DNA of 64,000 bases from contig OX597826.1 in assembly GCA_951406725.2 (NCBI GenBank), positions 44,144,001 to 44,208,000 of the forward strand. The letters run 5' to 3'. The position numbers and the translations under genes were made by a program. Shown in pieces: positions 56,640 through 64,000 of the stretch (its first letter is position 1; each line of letters begins with the position of its first letter). The notes below the pieces were generated by a model. The model did not search any database. It was not told the origin of the DNA and saw only the letters and a program-made list of their open reading frames with translations. The stretch comes from Octopus vulgaris. Taxonomy: Eukaryota.

Positions 56640-58239
56640 CAGTTGCAGCCAAAATGTTCAGAACGGCATTGTTTTCGTTAGAAAAGTAAGTGTAAGTTTT
56701 TATCAACGTTGTTTTATATTCTATAATTTTCACAGACAATAAATACAATATTATTTGTTATTGTCTGAGATTTTGGTGTAATTTGAGAGGATAATACAAA
56801 AGTTATGAATGATTTAGTGATTTACTGCAAAACCCATGGCGGCCAAAATGATCAGAACGGTTGCTTTTACTCCGTGTTTTAGTATATTTAACCGGCGAAC
56901 TCTAATGCTTTGAATTTGTTTACTTGACGGTTCGTTTACTAAACATTAGTAAAAATATCTACAGTATACTTTGTTAATATAATGCCACTTACTCCGTTAC
57001 CAATTCGTCAGCAGATTATTAAGCTTCGAAAGAAGGATAATTTTAGTATTGGGTCTATTGCAAACATTGTTAACAAGTCAAAAAGTGTTGTTCAAGGTAT
57101 TCTTAAGGTCTACGATAATTGTGGTTCGTGTGAAGCAATACAGTCTACAGGTAGGCTAAGAAAAACGACCAAGAGAGAAGATCGTGCTATGGTAAAGTTG
57201 GTTAAAAAGGACAGATTTAAAACTGCTGCTGCTGTTTCTCGGGAACTGAGCCTTGTACTGAAGAAAAATTTATCTCGAAAAACTGTGTCTCGTCGTTTAG
57301 TTGAACATGACCTACAAGCAAGAGCACCTGCAGTGAGGCCACTGATCAGCTCCAAGAATAAAAAGTGTCGTCTTACCTGTGCAACCGAACATGGCAAACT
57401 ATGCATTGCAGTGATGAATCTAAGTTTATGTTATTTGGCTCAGATGGGAAAAGGTACGTTCGTCGAAAAGTAGGTGAAAAATTGTTGCCTAAATGCCTTA
57501 AGACTAGTGTTAAATTCGGTGGAGGAAGTGTCATGGTTTGTGGGATGATATCTGGAGATGGCGTGAGCCCTTTGGTGCCATTACATGGAAAGGTAAATGC
57601 AGGAGTTTATAAACAACACTTGTAAAAGATCATGTCTTGCCTGTGCTGAGAAATTCAACTAAGCGACCACCCATATTCATGCAGGACAATGCCCCATGTC
57701 ACATGGCTAAGGTGGTCATGAACTTCCTCAAGGCTGAAAAGGTTATTGTTATGGATTGGCCTGCTCAAAGCCCAGATCTCAATCCTATTGAAAATGTGTG
57801 GAATATTCTGGGAGAACGTTTGAAAGCCAGAAATCCTAAAACAACCGAGCAATTATGGAATGCCCTTCAGGAAGAATGTATTAAAATCACCCAGCAAGAA
57901 ATTGAAAATTTAATTTCCTCATGCAGTCAAAGTGTGATTGAAGCTAAAGGGCTTCACACTAAATATTAAATAATTCCAGTATTCTCTGTCATTTTTGATT
58001 AATTTGTTATTTTTTCAACCGTTCTGATCATTTTGGCCGCCATGGGTTTTGCAGTAAATCACTAAATCATTCATAACTTTTGTATTATCCTCTCAAATCA
58101 CACCAAAATCTCAGACAATAACAAATAATATTGTATTTATTGTCCGTGAAAATTATAGAATATAAAACAACTTTGATAAAAACTTACACTTACTTTTCTA
58201 ACGAAAATAAGGCCGTTCTGAACATTTTTGTCGAAACTG
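56640..58239 (+). mobile_element. Tc1-family (DD34E) DNA transposon, IR/DR type, complete ends
   Basis: 224-bp TIRs (56640-56863, 58016-58239) each with two direct repeats resembling gccaaaatg(t/a)tcagaacgg; TA TSD at 56638-39 and 58240-41; 1600 bp. Confidence 0.97.
56982..57969 (+). pseudogene. Tc1 transposase, frameshifted
   Basis: HTH region with TGRLRKTT, then SDESKF, GGGSVMV, QDNAPCH and WPAQSPDLNPIENVW over three ORFs. Confidence 0.95.
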
Positions 58240-58898
58240 TATATTTACAATATATTTACCATACAGTAGATGCATTTTGGAAAAAATATTACTATATTAC
58301 AATGTTTGTGTTTGACCTAAAGAAATTTAGATATATCTCATGTCATATGAAATAATAATATTATATATGTGTGGAATGTAAGCTTACAGCGAATAGTGAA
58401 AAAATATTCCACATTTGGTAAATGAACTCTGATTAGAATCTTGTCTGGCAATATATTATGTGCTGTAACAAGACCGCAGCGAGACAAATATTGCTCATGT
58501 ATGTTATGTTGATATGTTAAACGAAGTCCAGTTTCAGCATATTTAACTTAAAATGTGTTCGATTTTACCAGCGTGGGTGTACTTGCATGTGTATGTGTAT
58601 ATATGCATGTGTATGTGTGTATATGCACATTAATGTATGTTTATGTATACACATGCATATATTTTTAAAAAATAAAACTGTCCGACGAACGGGAACGTGA
58701 AACTCTGAATAACTGCTTTTGTTATATTTCTGCTGCTTTTAAATAAAGTATATATGTGTATATAGATGAATATATATGTATATATATACATTATATATGT
58801 ATATATAATATATATATATATACGTATATATGTATATATATATGCACTTACATACATATATACATACATGTATAATTATATATGTATGTCTATCTATC

Positions 58899-58929
<31 letters not shown>

Positions 58930-58952
58930 TTATCTGTGTGTCTGTCTCTATT

Positions 58953-59020
<68 letters not shown>

Positions 59021-59059
59021 CATAATTCTGTAGAGAGCTTATTTGATTGTCGATTGTCT

Positions 59060-59300
59060 AATTTGGAGTAAGTTCTAGTGGCAATAGTATACAGGCTATG
59101 CGGGACAACGTTTTATTTAAGCTTTTAGAGTTCAACACATGCATGAAAAACACTAACAATGGTTTCAAGTTTTGGACATAATGGGTAGTGCAGAAAAACA
59201 TGGTTGAACTGGATGCATCACAAGTTCCGAGAAATGGATAGAGGAATGGAACGAGGCAACCTAAATGGTAGCGATAAGATACCAACCAGAATCGAAAAAC
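59060..59300 (+). mobile_element. Possible RTE-like LINE 3' coding relic
   Basis: FGH..., ..ERG.. remnants resemble the RTE C-terminal FGH..R / RGRP..RW; weak. Confidence 0.3.
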
Positions 59301-59861
59301 AGAGTTGATTCTAAATTAGCGTTTAAAATACTTGACCTTGTAAAATCTATTCAGAATTTGAAACGAAAATACCATCAAACAGTTATCAATGAGTATTAAA
59401 TATTGCAAATGCATGAGAAATTCAAGTAGAAATTTTTAAACAAAACTTAAGTAGAAATGCATTAACTAGCTTTGTCCAGATAGTGATAAAAGGCTTAAGT
59501 AACTACGTAGTGTTGATAAAATTTTATCGTTACCCAGTCTAATACCACATATTAAAAATCGCGTATATGGGGATTTACTTGTGTGCGACTATGAAATACC
59601 AGATTGGGGAAATATATCTAACATAGTTAAAGAACACACATATTAAAATGGCGTAGACGAGGATTTAGTTTGTATGGGAATTATATCTTTGTATGATAAA
59701 GCATTCGTCCATAAGTTTTTTTCTTGTCGGTTGATTTATATGCATATGTTCGAAAATGTATTTAATACATAAACACTGAAAACAACTGATGACCTTGAAA
59801 GATAACAGGTTATTTATATATGTATATATATATATATATATATACATTTATACGTTGTGTG

Positions 59862-59908
<47 letters not shown>

Positions 59909-60054
59909 TATATATATATATGTATGCATATATGAATATATATATATTTATACATACATATATATATATATATATAAATATATATATATAGATAGATATA
60001 CATATATATATACATACATGCATACATACATAATATTATATATATATTGTATGT

Positions 60055-60091
<37 letters not shown>

Positions 60092-60559
60092 CGTACATAC
60101 ATATATAAACATATATATATATTTGCTATGTACAAAAACATATATATGTATGTATGAATGTTTCTATGTATTTCTACATACGTAATACATAGGCGCATAT
60201 ACGTAAAAACATTTATACAGTCTCACATGCATGTTCAATCTTGACTAATAATATCAAATTTTCAGCTTGAATGCAATATCAGATATCATAAATATATGTA
60301 AACCCCCAAATGGTGATATCAAAACAACAGCGAATCCACTGATGGGAATATAATCATGCCTATCTTGTGCACACAAACACACCCATACACGTGCGGACAT
60401 ACACAGACACGTACACACATGCACACACACATACACACACAAACACACACAGACACACATATATACACACTAGCAGTTATAGGCATATAATATACCCACG
60501 CGAATATGTGTGCATGTCTGTGTATATATTTATATATGAACATATACATATATATATTC

Positions 60560-61195
<636 letters not shown>

Positions 61196-61199
61196 TTGC

Positions 61200-61545
61200 G
61201 GAACTGTTTCCGGCGGGGAACGCAATGTTTCAGGATGATAATGCACCAATTCACATAGCTAAAGTTGTTACTGAATGGCACGAGGATCATTTTGGTGAAG
61301 TTGAACATCTTATCTGACGACCATTGTCCCCAGATCTGAATATTATTGAACATTTATGGTGCATTTCAGAAAAATAATTAAGTAGTCGATATCCTTCACC
61401 ATATGACTACAAGAACTGGGGACTGTTTTAGCTGACGAATGGACAAAAATTCATTTGGAAACAATTCAAACTTTTTACGAGTCCTCTACCTCGTAGCATT
61501 CAAAAATGTGATTACTGCTAATATCAATTTCTACTCTTATTAAAT
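61200..61545 (+). mobile_element. Tc1-like transposase 3' fragment
   Basis: QDDNAPIH...PLSPDLNIIEHLW. Confidence 0.85.
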
Positions 61546-61747
61546 TTTATATTAAATAAATATGTTCTCTAACCGGTAAACTGACTGCTGCTACTTCTTA
61601 GCTGCAGGGTGGTTTTTCCGGTCTCAGCGCGCCAAAGTGAAGGCATTTGAAAAATACATTTAAATATAATCGGTTGAACTCCATGCATGCGAGACTCCGG
61701 TCAATCGTTTTTGCATCTAGTCCAGCAAATTGTATTTTATATAACAG

Positions 61748-61814
61748 ACCATGCTGACGAGATTACAGTTTATCCTTGCAGATAATAATAATCGAAACTG
61801 ATTCAGTACATGGT
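61748..61814 (+). ncRNA. Type I hammerhead ribozyme, canonical core and three paired stems
   Basis: accatg-CTGACGA-gatta..ttatc/gataa..taatc-GAAA-ctg-att-cag-TA^catggt. Predicted cleavage after GUA at 61808; the host segment ends at (TA)n at 61975. Confidence 0.92.
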
Positions 61815-62120
61815 TAATTATTTTTATTTCGTATATTTTCATTTGTCTTGTTTACTGCTTTGGTTTTGTGCTGAGTTTGTATTTGAGAACATACCCTTTG
61901 TGGAAAATAGCGATTTGACGTCTATATCTAGCATGTTGACTGTCCACTTTTCGTGTTCAGTCCTTTAAATTTTGTATATATATATATATATATATATATA
62001 TTGGTGAATTGAAGAAATGGAGCTGAACGCAGATTGAACAGAAATCGTTGTGATTTTTGCTACTAAGGTATCGGTTAAACTTTTGATTAATCTACTACAA
62101 GATTATTCATCTTTCTATTT

Positions 62121-62154
<34 letters not shown>

Positions 62155-62155
<1 letters not shown>

Positions 62156-62530
62156 GTACAGGAAGTCGCCTACAGTAAACAACATGAAATACGAAAACGA
62201 ATGAGTTTAATACGCAAACAATGAAGGAAAGAAATGGAAAACAGGAAAAGTAATACAAAGAACGACCCTTCATCAATTGTGGGCTGTATATCTGCTCTTC
62301 ATATCGAGCAGTGAACTTCAATATGAGTCTTCGAAAACAGTTACTTCCATAAATACCAACATATAATTTTGGATTTATTGAGGGTCAAAGTTGGGAACAA
62401 AAACAGGACAGTGGAGACATACAAAGAAACCGAACGAAAACCAACATAGGGGGTCGTTAAACCAGAACGAGGGTATAATAGCGAGCGCTGGAGAAATACT
62501 TTCTTTGAAAAAGGATAAGATAGCCGAGAG
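62155..62530 (-). mobile_element. TA-adjacent interspersed repeat related to 13711-14250
   Basis: Shared start tacagga..., cccttcatca motif and aacaggaca blocks. Confidence 0.5.
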
Positions 62531-62836
62531 AGATAGTAGACGTTTATATAAATATATAAAAGCACATACATATATACATATACACGCACACACATGCACA
62601 AACACCATGTATACAGCAAGTGCAAGTAAGAGAGACCAACACACAGACAGACGCACACAGACACACAGACACAGACACAGACACAGATACAGACAGACAC
62701 ACACACGCGCACACACACACATATATATAGGTATCCACATATATATCAATATATTTTTCTCTATATTTACACGCATACATGTGTATATATATATATTTGT
62801 ATTAAAACCTTTTCGCATGTGGTTTTAATTCACATT

Positions 62837-62899
<63 letters not shown>

Positions 62900-63589
62900 T
62901 ATGCATATGCTTTTATGTATTCTGTCTGGAAAAAAACAACCTTAGGCAAGTATGTGGATCTAAAGATATATTATATACTCGGAACACGTACGTACTTTTG
63001 GTAACCGGGCGTATATTAAAATAACAACCTAAATTTCCTTGGACTGCAGGGCAAACAAAAGATAATTGAAATAAACTAAGTTATATACAATCACGAATTG
63101 GAATCTGTAACACACGAGGTGTAAATAGTAAGTTAAAATGTCTGTGAATTCAAATCACATCAGTTTGTCCATATACAATATATAGCAAAGTACACCAACA
63201 GCTTGAGGCTTAATATATATGCTGGGAGCAATAAATTACATATAATTTTCAAAGTGCCACAAGAATGTACTTTCTTTTGCAGATTACTACTAAAGGTATC
63301 AATGAAATTATACTGAAAACAATATGAATTAAGATTAACTGGAGGCACATGAAGCAGCGTTGAACGAACTTTGTGTATAGTTATATTTAACGCGTTCCTG
63401 TACATTTGGACGTGGAAATATGTTTCAGTGGAGAAAAAGTTGCAGTAGAAAATTTTCTTCACAGGCAATGTGATTAAAAATATATTATTTGGCTACGAAT
63501 GACATCATCGTACAATGGATCGCAGCATTTTTGAAATAGAATCATTCACATGATTTAGCCTTCTAAGAACAGTTGCTCTTATATATAAC

Positions 63590-63923
63590 TTTTTTTTTTC
63601 TGAGACCTCCTCCGGTCACGACTGACCATGGGATTGCTCCTAGAAAAGTCCGGGCAAGGTTGGTTGTTTATGGAAGACCAGCACCTGCCCATGCATACCG
63701 GTCACTCCTCTCCACGCCACCGATGTTATCCAATGGAAAGGCAAAGGCCGATACAGCTTGGTACCAGTGACGTCGCAACTCATTTCTGCAGCTGAGTGAA
63801 CTGGAGCAACGTGAAATAAAGTGTCTTGCTCAAGAACACAACACGCAGCACGGTCCGGGATTCGAGTTCACAATCTCACGATCGTAAACTCGACGCTCTA
63901 ACCACAGAGCCATGCGCCTTCAC
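63590..63923 (-). mobile_element. SINE family C, full length
   Basis: Close match to 28831-29175. Confidence 0.92.
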
Positions 63924-63933
63924 ACACACACAC

Positions 63934-63979
<46 letters not shown>

Positions 63980-64000
63980 TTATCAATCTATCTATCTATC

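Noticed and set aside
59785-59815. CTGATGAccttGAAA as a hammerhead
   Set aside because: No stem II pairing and no stem I, stem III or NUH site.

Overview
Eukaryotic, very AT-rich, repeat-saturated genomic DNA. The SINE families and the (TA)n/(TG)n/(TATC)n/(AAT)n load suggest an octopus-type cephalopod genome (inference). No host protein-coding gene is recognisable, and nearly all listed ORFs are microsatellite artefacts. The window holds at least four families of tRNA-derived SINEs, a near-complete IR/DR-type Tc1 element (56640-58239), mariner and Tc1 relics, Helitron-like elements, an R4/Dong-like LINE next to an (AAT)n tract, a Gypsy integrase relic and a tRNA-Ala pseudogene. The most notable signal is missed by the ORF track: many short segments sitting in or next to (TA)n tracts carry type I hammerhead ribozyme (HHR) motifs (3 with an intact core, about 6 degenerate) and/or long fold-back inverted repeats. 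One of them keeps an uninterrupted GIY-YIG endonuclease frame, which identifies the group as microsatellite-associated Penelope-like elements (PLEs) and their pseudo-LTR (pLTR) or retrozyme-like derivatives. All folds were worked out by hand.
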